A stretch of 64,000 bases of DNA from Ruditapes philippinarum. Taxonomy: Eukaryota. The notes beneath the pieces are model-generated. The model saw only the letters and a program-made list of their open reading frames with translations. It was not told the DNA's origin and did no database searches. Below, piece after piece: positions 1-12,300 of this stretch. Made by a program: the position numbers and the translations under genes. The stretch spans positions 124,001 through 188,000 of the forward strand of contig NW_026865718.1 of NCBI RefSeq assembly GCF_026571515.1, given 5' to 3'. How positions within the stretch are numbered: position 1 is the first letter of the stretch; each line of letters starts with the position of its first letter.

Positions 1-823
1 TTAGAAACTTTGTATTTTTGTAGCTCTATCATCTGTAGTGTATGTTACATTTTTTGAAATTGTGAGATTCGTGTAATAGTTTCCAGACAAGCTTTACTAC
101 AAAAATCGTTCTAACAGTGATTAACTCAGGTTATTTATTCTCATCAATTGAGCCTTACTAAAGATCACAATAATGTTATCAATGGTTTTGATTAGTTTCA
201 GGTTTTCTGCTGATTTAATAGAGCTTCAAGCAGCTAAAATAAATATCTATAGATTAAACTACATTAACAGGGAATTAAAATTATTTTAACCACCAATAAG
301 AGATTAAAGAAACATTATGCTCATTCTTTCCCTGTCAAGTTGAGTTAGAAATATATTATAACAGATTGACTATTGTAATGATAATTGACCGATAATTGAT
401 AATGAAAAATATTTATGGCACAATATAAAAAAACTATATCATAAAAAGACTGCCCCACCTTTTAGGAATTTAATACTGATACATTCTGAATGATATTTAT
501 AGAAATTTCTGTTGGTCATGAGGAGTATCGACTTTTTTTTTCATAGTAAAATATTAAATTTAACACACATAATTATGGCAACTGTTTACAGACCATTTAC
601 AGTTGGATGGGAATTATGAATGTCATTTTAAACAACTTTAAACATAAGATATAACACAGGTATATACCATTGTAGGGTTGATGTTTTAAAGAGGTCTTGA
701 GAACTTTTTTACAGTATTGAGTATGACTTTAAATGACAATGTTGTTAGGCAATGAGGCCATCTATGTATCATCGTATCTTCTGATAAAGTACAGTAAAAC
801 TTAATCCATATGTGAAACTTAAA

Positions 824-1156
824 TTTATCACACACCAGTGCCGCTTTTACGACTTCGAAAAATGGTATTGCACAGCCGTGCATATATTTTAACACGTCAT
901 TATTTTTGTTGTATAAACATAGCATTAAGATGCACTAAATGTAAGTATTATACTATAGGCGGGTCAATGTAAAATGTTTCTTTTTCACTTCAAACGGTCT
1001 TTATTTTTGGTATGAGATAAATTGAACATAATATTTGTGTAAGTTTAAAACTAAATTTTAAAAATTATTAAAACCCAAAAGCCACAGGCTCACATAATAT
1101 AATTTTATTCAACTTGTTCAATAAATTCAGTATTGAACTTACACTCATTTAATATC
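824..1156. repeat. Dispersed non-autonomous element; further copies at 15986-16303 and 17375-18546 (the latter interrupted)
   Basis: Shared blocks gacttcg.aaaatggtattgcacag, actataggcg.gtcaatg and taattttattcaact.gttcaata...gaac.tacactcatt.aatatc. Confidence 0.75.
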
Positions 1157-1900
1157 AGATATTGAATGAGTGTAAGTAGAAAATAACTTAGAATATATTT
1201 CATTGACAAGTTTGATTAAGTGTGAAATGAAGTTTGTTTAGCAAAACTTGACTAAGAAATGAAGACTTGCATTTAAACATTGACCTACAATGTTTGTGAG
1301 TCTGCATTAATGAAATTGAATCTGTCTAGAGCTACACAGTCCCATGGCTTGACAGATTAAATTGCAATAATGATGACTTAATTGATACCTACCTACCTGG
1401 TTGAAATTATGTTTTGAACCTTTATGAGTATGAAGAAAAACTTAAGCGTCAAGTGTGTGCAATGATAAAAAAAACAGACCCTTGTTATGACCAGTGAAGG
1501 TAAGGTTTATGTTTGCTTATCTGTCCAGTTTAACCTGCCAATACACCTGACTATTTAAATTTAGAGTATTTTGGTATTGAGACCCTTTGAAATTAAAATA
1601 AACTAATCCAAGGTCATAGCAGGACATGTTTATTATATAAATTTTAAGCCAAGAGGTAAATGACTCTTTTGTGAATCAACCATAAAATTATGGAAACAAT
1701 ATATATTTTATAAAAATATTTCATATGATAAAGCTTTATACACTTTCATATAATATGAATGAAACAGCAGAATTGATCAGATATTCATCGTCATGACATT
1801 TAAAGAGTTGCCGTCTGCATATTTTACTGTGATAAGAGACTGATTTCTACGTGAATATTGAATTCACCTACATATCCTTGACATGTTGCATTGGTTTTAA

Positions 1901-2272
1901 AGCAGCATGCCTCCAGATGTGCGAAAATTTATTATATTTCAATAAATCAAACTTGTGAAAAATATACTTGGATTTTAGGTCATGGAAAAGTAGAAAGATT
2001 CAAGATTCATGTAATAATTTACATGTTATGAGCCAAAAATAGTGAAATTTTCATAATGTATAACTATTATATTTCTACTGCGTTACTAACGCAGTAAGGG
2101 ATATTTTACATTTTTGACCTTCTTATTTTTTGTAATAAACGTGGGTTGTAAGACTAGTGTCATTGATAATGTGTATATTGCTTAATTCTTTAATTTAATA
2201 TATAATTTTATACATTTAATTTCATTTTCAAAATTTTCATGAAAATAGGCATTAATCTGGAGGCATGCTTAT
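1901..2272. mobile_element. TTAA-flanked MITE (Kolobok/T2-like), family X copy 1
   Basis: TTAA|agcagcatgcctccagat ... atctggaggcatgcttat|TTAA; internal similarity to 17022-17338. Confidence 0.75.
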
Positions 2273-3222
2273 TTAAGAGAGGGCACAGGGTACAGCCCAG
2301 TGTTCACTAAATCTTAGTGAATATTGGGCTTCTATAGGCTGTGTGGAAATTGAAAGAGAAGGAGAGTAAATTGCTTGCTTACTTGCAATTTCTAACAATT
2401 CCCTGAATATTCACCTCTGACTCATAATATCCGATACAAATGGATTTTATATGGGAGCATTCCCTCAGTTTTCCTACACATAGATGTTAACCATGCAAGC
2501 TTCATTATAGATGCATGTTTACCCCAGAACGCAGTCTGATAATAAAAAAACCATGGGTTACGAGTTTGATCCCCAGTTATATTAACACTTGGATCAGTGG
2601 GTTTCTGGTGGCAACTATATTGTATAAGACGGTTTGAATATTTTTTATTTGGATCTCTACAAATGTGAGTTTTTCCAGTCCTACATGTATCTTTGGGTAC
2701 AAAGAAACTTACTGTTAAAACTTGGAAAGTATAAGAATTAATAAACGCAACATGTTGGCCACACTTATGTGAATACCAATAAACCCCGAAGCTTTAATAG
2801 TAAAAGTTTGATTATACCCCAGGATATGATTGGATTTGATGGGAAAAAAATCCACATTTTCAGAATTCGAAGTTTCATGTCTTGTTTCTTAAAAGATCCT
2901 GTAACACATGTTTTTATGGTTTTATATCATAAATATGATGCTAAAATAGATTTATCAATATTGTAAGTTCCAAAAAGCATTATTTGTAAAGATATTACCG
3001 AATTTAACATTTCATGTAAATAAAGGGAGGTAATTAGAAATTTATTTTCTGTAAAGTCCAAGTCAAACTTTTCAATAAAAAATGAATGCATGTATTTTAA
3101 TGATAACATTTAATGTGCACAAATATTTGCAGTACATATTTTACATATTCTTCGATGTTTGAAAATTGTTTTATAAGCATAATTATATACAAATGTACAA
3201 ATTTAAAATTTCACTTAATCGT

Positions 3223-3553
3223 TTTTTTTTGTTTTTTTTTTTTATGCGTTTATTTAAGGTCGCCGCCGGAAAGCCCATATGGGCGACCGTACACTCAAGT
3301 CGGGTCATCATAGAGCGTCCCGCCGAGATTTTTTTTCGATTTTTTTCCAGCTTTATTGGTGGAGGAAGACCCCAGGTGCCCCTCCGGGCATTATTTCAGG
3401 CACGAGCGGGCACCTGGGTAGAACCACCGACCTTCCGTAAGCCAGCTGGATGGCTTCCTCACATGAAAGATTTCGACCCGAGTGAGGATCGAACCCACAG
3501 TGGTGAGGGACCTGTGATCTCAAGTCAGCGACTTTAACCACTCGGCCACGGAG
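3223..3553 (-). mobile_element. tRNA-derived SINE (bivalve MetaSINE-like core), young copy with TSD
   Basis: Minus strand has A-box TGGCCGAGTGG, B-box GGTTCGATCC, core tgtgaggaagccatccagctggcttacggaagg...ggtcttcctccacca and an A-rich tail. Flanked by tcacttaat(c/t)gt at 3211-3222 and 3554-3565. Confidence 0.9.
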
Positions 3554-3919
3554 TCACTTAATTGTGGTATACAACCTCAATTATAACATACAGGATCTGT
3601 AAACTGAATACAAATGTGTGACCTGTCCTTCACCATGTTTACCAATAAATGACACTAGTTTATTGTCCCATCTTGATGTATCTTGATGTAATTATGCATT
3701 ATTTAAGTAGTCATATAAACTACACATCAAAGGTAACGACAGTGTATTAAATTTTGTGAACCTGCATAAGTAAGTAGATTCAAAATAGTAGAGATGGTAA
3801 TATTGTCTAGTTAGAGAAAAGCTTTCAGACAGTCAGACTTGTGAGTACATTTACAATACAACAGATGTAAGTAAATGTTTTCATATTGATTAACTGCTGT
3901 AGATGTAACAGGATATTAA

Positions 3920-4274
3920 AGGGCCTCCACTGAGGTTTAAAAGCCTAAAACATAACATTTGAATTTCTTACATAAATGAGCCAGAGCACTTTAAACAGAA
4001 ATATATGCAAAGATAGTTGAGAAATATACTTTGAAATAAATTGAAAATCGTATTTTTATGCTTTTCTTAGCCTGATTTAAGTGAAAAGCGTTTAAACGCT
4101 TTTCACTTTAGCTCATTTTCTTTACAATTTGAATAATTATTCTTGAAAAACTAAGTGTGTGAATGATCTTAAATTTTGGACAAAGATCAGTGGTCTAAAC
4201 CTACATCAAATGGTACTTTTATCTAGAAAAATATTTTCAGTCCCATCATGTCAAAAAACCTCAGTGGAGTCCCT
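3920..4274. mobile_element. TTAA-flanked MITE (Kolobok/T2-like), family Y
   Basis: TTAA|agggcctccactgaggttt ... aaacctcagtggagtccct|TTAA. Confidence 0.8.
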
Positions 4275-4534
4275 TTAACAGGATATTATCTTAACAAGGT
4301 AATTGTGAAGAGGAGTAAGATATAACAGGATATATACTATATAGTATGACAGGATATTTTTTCATATTTTCTTTATATTATTTATCATCATGATTTTCTG
4401 TAAAGATTTTTTTGAATGGATATTTTGCCTTGACTAAATAAATGTATGTGTTGAAAAAACAAAGCTTGACAGAATAAATAACATTTATATATAAATTTTG
4501 TAAGATAATTCATTACAAAATATTCTTTCCAAGT

Positions 4535-5370
4535 AATTGCTTGAGAAATTACAATCTTTAGTCTTTGCTTGAGAAATTAAATAACAGCCATTGCTTGAGA
4601 AATAAAATTACAGTCTTTACTTAAGAAATAACATTCTTTGCTTAAGAAATTAAATAACAGTCTTTACTTGAGAAATTATAATCTTTTCTTAAGAAATAAC
4701 ACTCTTTGCTTGAGAAATTAAATAACTGTCGTTGCTTAAGAAATAACAGTCTTTGCTAGAGAAATTAAATTACAATCTTTGTCTAAAAAAAAATAACAGT
4801 CTTTACTTGAAAATTTATAATCTTTTCTTAAGAAATAACAGTCTTTGCTTGAGAAATTAAATTACAATCTTTGCTTTAGAAATTACAGTCTTAGCTGAAG
4901 AAATAACAGTCTTTGTTTGAGAAATTAAATAACAATCTTTGCCTAAAAAAACAGTCTTTGCTTGAGAAATTACAGTCTTTGCTTACAAGATGACAGTCTT
5001 AGCTTGAGAAATTACATTCTTTGCTTAAGAAATAACAGTCTTTGCTTGAGAAATTAAATTACAACCTTTGCTTGAGAAATTATTTTCTTTGCTTTAATAA
5101 GAAATAACAGTCTTTGCTTGAGAAATTAAATTACGATCTTTGTCTAAAAAAATAACAGTCTTTGCTTGAGAAATTAATTTCTTTGCTTAAGAAATAACAG
5201 TCTTTGCTTGAGAAATTAAATTACAATCTTTGCCTAAAAAATAACAGTCTTTGCTTGAGAAATTACTATCTATACTTGGAGAAAATAAGTCTTTGTTTGA
5301 GAAATCACAGTCTTTGTTTGAGAAATTACAATAAATTATAACATTAGCTTGAAGAATTACAACTTTGCAT
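4535..5370. repeat. Minisatellite, 21-26-bp units (tttgcttgagaaatt[aaat]aacagtc)
   Basis: Tandem units directly visible. Confidence 0.9.
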
Positions 5371-5483
5371 GAGAAAATACTCCACCATTTATTTATTGTC
5401 AAAATCATTCCCTGCCAATTACAACATTTGCTTGGCAATTTCAATGTTTTCTAGGTTAATGAAAAGTGGTAAACATGTTCATC

Positions 5484-5875
5484 CAGGCCATTGCTTGGAT
5501 TTTTTTTTGCAAGGCCATTGCTTGAAATTATTTTTTTGCCAGGCCATTGGTTTGAATAATTTTTTGCCAGGCCAAAATTTGATGGGTTTTTTACCAGGCC
5601 TTTGCTTGATATTATTTTTTGGGAGGCCATTGCTTGGAATTATTTTTTGCCAGGCCATTGCTTGGAATTATTTTTTGCCAGGCCATTGCTTGGAATTATT
5701 TTTGCCAGGCCATTGCTTGATTTTTTTTTACTAGGCCATTGCTTAATATTGTTTTTTGCGAGGCCATTGCTTGGAATTATTTATTGCCAGGCCATTGCTT
5801 GATATTATTTTTTGCCAGGCCATTGCTTGGTATTATTTATTGCGAGGCCATTGCTTGGAATTATTTTTTGCTAGG
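5484..5875. repeat. Minisatellite, about 28-29-bp units (ccaggccattgcttggaattattttttg)
   Basis: Tandem units directly visible; accounts for ORFs 5369-5734 and 5602-5802. Confidence 0.92.
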
Positions 5876-6277
5876 TCAATTAGCATGGTAATGTTTTCTT
5901 TATAGACAGGTGTATATTTGCCAGGGTACTATTAGATTATGATTTGTTAATTTATCACTACATGATATAAGGTCATTGCCAGGTAATTGCTTTGACAAAT
6001 CTTTGCTTAGAATAATATGTCATATTATAATACATATTACTTATTTAACATCGGGTATTGTGTCTTTTTGGACAAAATATGTTCTGCACAGGCTTTGCGC
6101 TGAAAAACAATCTCTAAACATACAGATGCTCCCAATTTATAGAACATGATATTGTGAGGGAAGGATAAGTATTCAAGTATACATGTATATTTTGATTAAG
6201 GAAAAAAGAGGTATAGATACTAAGAAACTCAGCAAGCAATAAAACCTAAATTGTGTTTTTATTTTTTTGTAGAAATT

Positions 6278-6379
6278 ATGGAAACACCAGTGGAGACACA
6301 GTTTGTGGCATCAGATTATGGGAAGAACTGGGTGAAGATCCTAGTAGTGAAGAGAGACACAGAAAAACATTACATTAAG
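6278..6379 (+). CDS. UOX: Uricase coding exon 1 (METPVETQFVASDYGKNWVKILVVKRDTEKHYIK)
   Basis: ATG at 6278 lies just after a polypyrimidine/TAG acceptor (6272), implying an upstream exon, probably UTR. YGK motif; donor GTTAGT at 6380. Confidence 0.9.
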
Positions 6380-9300
6380 GTTAGTTCCCGACTCATTTAA
6401 TTGTTTGTTACTTTTTCTGTGAAAATAACTTCACAAGGACATGGATTATGTGAGTTATTACAATGATTGAATATAATTATTGCTTGATTAAGCTACTACA
6501 CCCTTGCTTTGTTAACAGAAATGGAAAAATAAACGGTTATCTTATCTTACAATGCTATTTACAATGGTTATTAATTATGCTAATTTACATTTTGTAGTTT
6601 TAAACACATTGTAGTTAATAACTTAATATGGTTATCAAGATACTGTTCTTGCTATGGCTATCATTTTATTTTTGAACTTACTGTATTTTTAAACTTACCT
6701 TGGTTATAAGCATATATGTATTATACTTACCTTGGTTATCAATATACTGCAGTTATTCACTCACCATGGTTATCAACTTAATGTAGTTATTCACTCACCT
6801 TGGTTATCAAAATACTGCAGTTATTCAGTCACTATGGTTATCAACTTATTGTAGTTATTCACTCACCATGGTTATTGACATACTGTAATTATTCACTTAC
6901 CATGGTTATCAACTTACTGTAGTTATCCACTTACCATGGTTATCAACATACTGTAGTTATTCACTCACCTTGGTTATCAACATCCTGCAGTTATTCACTC
7001 ACCATGGTTATCAAAATACTGTAGTTATTCACTCACCATGGTTATCAACATACTGTAATTATTCACTTACCATGGTTATCAACTTACTGTAGTTATTCAC
7101 TTACCATGGTTATCAACATATTGCAATAATCAACTTACCATCATTATCAACTTACTGCAGTTATTCACTCACCATGGTTATCAACTTACTGAAGTTATTC
7201 ACTCACCATGGTTATCAACTTACTGTAGTTATGACTTCACCATGGTTATAAACATATAGCAGTAATCAACTTACCATGGTTATCAACTTACTGTAGTTAT
7301 TTACTCAACATGGTTATCAACTTACTGTAGTTATTCACTCACCATGGTTATCAACTTACTGTAGTTATTCACTCACCATGGTTATCAACTTACCGTAGTT
7401 ATTCACTCACCATGGTTATCAACTTATTGCAGTTATCAACTTACCATGGTTATCAACTTACTGTAGTTATTCACTCACCATGGTTATCAACTTACTGTAG
7501 TTATTCACTTATCATAGTTATCAACTTACTGTAGTTATTCACTTACCATGGTTATCAACATACTGTAATTATTCAATCACTATGGTTATCAAAATACTGT
7601 AGTTATTCACTCACCATGGTTATCACAACTTACTGTAATTATTCACTCACCATGGTTAGCAACATACTGCAGTAATTAACTCAACTCACTGTGGTTATCA
7701 GCTTACTGTAGGGATTCACTTATTATGAATCTTACTGTAGATTGTTATCAAGTTACTGTAGTCATGAACTCACCATGGTTGTCAACTTACTGTAGTTATT
7801 CACTTACCCGGGTTAATAACTTGATTAACTGACCCCATTGTCTATACTTTTTCTACTGGTTTTTATTTGTCCATGATTCTGATTTTTATATATTTTATCA
7901 AATTATGATATATATTTCATGTTTTTTACAGGAGTTGGAGGTGTGTACAGCATTAACATTAAACAACCACAGGGATTATATATTTGAGGATAATTCAGAT
8001 ATCATTGCCACAGACTCACAGAAAAACACTGTACATGTTCTTGCCAAGCAACATGGGGTATGTAGACATAATAGTTAAAGTTAACATCATGTTATTAGTT
8101 ATAAAGATGCATGTACATGTAGTTGATATGTTATATGGCTCATAAAGGCATTTGGTATGTTATATGTTTCATAATGACATTGGATATGTTATATGGCTCA
8201 TATTTAATGCATTTGCTATGTTATATGGCTCCTAAAGATATTGAATATGTCATATGAAACGTTTCATAAAGACATTGGATATGTTATATGCTTCATAAAG
8301 ACATTGGATATGTTATATGGCACATAAAAAACAGTTGATATGTTATATGGTCCATAAAGGCTTTTGATGTGTGATGTGGCTCATCAAGAAATTTGATATG
8401 TTATATGGCTCATCAAGAAATTTGATATGTTATATGGCTCATATAGACATTTGATACATAAAATGACCCAAAATGTCTGGTTATAATAGTCCTCACCTAG
8501 CAGATTAGGTTATATAGTTGTGAAAAACTGTTTATATAAAGCCATATAAATTTTTTAATATCTCTGTAATATAACAAAATGCTGCACCATTCTTTCTTTG
8601 ATTTAAAATAGAAAAAAAAAAAATTTGCTGCAGCATGTCATAATCACCACTATTGTTCATTGAAAATTCTTGGGAGTAATTAAATTACGAAAATTAACCT
8701 ATATTAAAGATTTATAACATTTGTAGCTTCTTTTCAATTTCTTTAAGTTATGTGAAAGCTTTTTTTGTTTCAGGTCAAAAATATTGAAAAGTTTGCTCTA
8801 ATACTTAGCAACCATTTTTTACGAAAATATCCACATGTTGTGGCAACAAAAATAAACATTGAAGAGTACCCGTGGAAAAGAGTTGATATTGTAAGTTTCT
8901 CTTTTGTTTATGGAAATGTATTGTAAATTTCTTGGACATATTCAGACTTTTATGCTCTGTGACTTCACTAGAGGACAAAGTGCTCAAAGGTGAGCTTTTT
9001 GATAGCATGAGGTTCAGCCTCGTCATATTCTTCATGTGGGTAAGTTATCCAGCTAGCTTATGTAACATTGGATGTTCTACATAGATGGTTTTTTTTGTGA
9101 GTTGCACCCGAGTTCTTCCTCAATTTAATAAAGCTTGAAAGTCAGCATATGAGCTATAATGTGTTGGTGCAAAGTAATACACAACAACAACAAAGTGATA
9201 CCATCAATGTTCTGTTGTTTTCCCCAGTTTGTTCAACATCATCTTCTTAGCCACATTGTAGACTGCAACCAAACTTTACTGGAATAATCTGTAGTTTGTC

Positions 9301-12300
9301 TTCTTCAAAATTTATACAAATATTTCAAGTCTGACTTAAAATTCAAAATTTATAAAATGATGTCCATCGGATAAAACTTGACATAGTCATACATATCATG
9401 TAAGTTCTTTATGTTCACATAGACTTACATAGGAAAACACATTAATCTTGTGTAAACTTACATGACCTATAGCTTAGATATTTTGCATGTATCATCATTG
9501 CCTAGCAGATTTCTTCAAAAATTATCTACCCTAGAGAAAGCCAAAACTATCTTTCCTGTTTTTTTCGCTATATGAACAAATTGTGTTGGTGCATTGTTTA
9601 AACCCCCCCCCCCCCCAAAAAAAAAAACCCTATAAGTCTTGGGAGGGACTTGATATATTCTGTCTTACTTTTCACCATCTACATAAATTTATAATGATTT
9701 TATATATTTCATTTCATGTATTATATTTGTTTATGATTTTATTCTAAATTTAGCTATTTACTGTTTTACCTTTTCATGTATGGTTGCTGCAGTATTCATT
9801 AAAAAAACAATTTATGTTTGAATTTCAGAACGGAGAAAAACATGTTCATGCATTCCAGTTTGTAAGAGATTGTTTGCGAGTATGTGAAGTTACGCAGAAA
9901 CGTGGAGGTAACAATATGAATCCTTTAACTGTTGAATTTACTGAATGAACTTGCCCAACTTCCAATACGGCACAGTCCATTTATCCATTTAAAGGGATAT
10001 GATGATTAAAATTTGGAAGTTTGCCAAATAACCATATAAAGGTCAGTTAGACATCTACGATCTGTAGATTGGACTGGTTCTAGACTAATGGCAGAAATTT
10101 GCTGGCTGTTTATGTTCCAGTGTTAAAAGAGTTTGCACTTTACAGTACCGTCTATCAACAGGCTCAGTCAAACTGAGTCTGCAACATTTTAGATTTTGCC
10201 GTTTTTGACTTTCTTTAGGGTTTCTTATTTCTTTAGTTTAACAGTAGGGCTTAACTTATATTTCACTATCTGGTTGGTTTTATTGATACTTTGAGAAATT
10301 ACATGCTGATTTTCATTGAAAAATCATGAAATGAGCTACTTAACGTACTTTTTAAATATAATTGAAAATACAGTTTTAGAGAAAAAAAACATAAATAATC
10401 TGCATTATCCTGGGTTTTCATTAGTAACAGATTGGCGATCAATATCATTGAAATGGTTTTAAAGTCTGTTGTATTTCCAGCTTGTAGATCTTGACCCCAT
10501 TGCAAAATTTGTTTTTAGTTGTCTCGTGTGTTACTTATAACTACAGTAACTTACATTGTTTAAACTCGGGGAAATCATAAACAGTATGTTCTCTAATACA
10601 GGTGAACCATTGGTCAGAGCTGGAATCCGAGATTTGAGAGTTTTGAAGACTACGCAGTCGGCTTTTAAGGATTTTGTAACAGACGAGTTTCGTACCTTGC
10701 CAAACACGGATGATCGAATAATGTCAACTATAGTAACAGCAGACTGGTGGTACAACACGTCAGAAGGGTTCTGTTTTGATAAAGCATGGTATGTTTTGTA
10801 GGAGAACCATTTACGTGGCTATGACTTGCCTGAAATCTTATTTTTTTATATTGGTTCAAGTCAGTTTCAATTCAGGATTTGCTTTGCTGTGTTCATAACC
10901 CTGAAATGATAAATCAAATGATTCAACGGGTTTGTTAATTTGTTGTGTTTTTTTGCCAGCTGTCCATCTGTGATCAACATTAGCTGTGGCATTAAAATAA
11001 TCATTTCAGAATCAAGATCCTTTATACTTCAATTGGATGTGACCTTGACCTTAAAGTTAAAACATTTTTGGAAATATTGTTATAGAACAATTTTAGGAAG
11101 ATACATTTTAATCAAAATAAGCTAATTTGGAAACATTTTTTACTGTAAGAAGCAATCTACAAATAAATGGCAAAATTGAAGATTTGGCAAAGAAAAACCG
11201 AAAAGAACTGACAATGAATAATCGTTTTTGATTAACAATAAAAGCATTGAATTTTTTGTAAATTCTAGAAATGAATAATCTTAAGTTTTTTTCTGGATTA
11301 TAATTAGGGAAGCTGTTAAAGCAACTATACTAGAGAAGTTTGCGGGTCCACCAGACACAGGAGTGTACTCAGCATCGGTCCAAAACACATTATATATCTC
11401 AGCTAGATCTGCCATTACACGAATACCACAGGTAAATAGTAACTTTACACGATTACCACAGGCAAATAGTAACTTTACACGAATACCCCAGGTAAATAGT
11501 AACTTTACACAAATACCACAGAAAAATAGTAACTTTACATTAATACCCCAGGTAAATAGTAACTTTAGAAGGATAAATAGTACATGTAACTTTACACAAA
11601 TACCACAGAAAAATAGTAACTTTACATTAATACCCCAGGTAAATAGTAACTTTACAAGGATTAATAGTACATGTAACTTTACACAAATACCACAGGAAAA
11701 TAGTAACTTTACATTAATACCCCAGGTAAATAGTAACTTTACAAGGATTAATAGTACATGTAACTTTACACAAATACCACAGGAAAATAGTAACTTTACA
11801 CAAATACCCCAGGTAAATAGTAACATTACACAAATATCCCAGGTAAATAGTAACTTTACATTAATACCCCAGGTAAGTAGTAACTTACACAAATACCCCT
11901 GGTAAATAGTTACTTTACATTAATACCCCAGGTAAATAGTAACTTTACAAGGATTAATAGTACATGTAACTTTACACAAATACCACAGGAAAATAGTAAC
12001 TTTACATTAATACCCCAGGTAAATAGTAACTTTACAAGGATTAATAGTACATGTAACTTTACACAAATACCACAGGAAAATAGTAACTTTACACAAATAC
12101 CACAGGAAAATAGTAACTTTACATTAATACCCCAGGTAAATAGTAACATTACACAAATATCCCAGGTAAATAGTAACTTTACACAAATACCCCTGGTAAA
12201 TAGTAACTTTACACAAATATCCCAGATAAATGGTAACTTTACACAAATACCATAGGTAAATAGTAAATTTACACAAATACCACAGGTAAATAGTAAATTT

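Noticed and set aside
3258-3330. Self-cleaving ribozyme (hammerhead or HDV) in the SINE tail
   Set aside because: No intact CUGANGA/GAAA core and no convincing nested pseudoknot could be built by eye.
3440-3553. tRNA gene
   Set aside because: The A/B boxes belong to a SINE head that continues into a SINE core and tail and is bounded by a TSD.
5187-5802. ORFs 5187-5444, 5369-5734 and 5602-5802
   Set aside because: Translations of two minisatellites.
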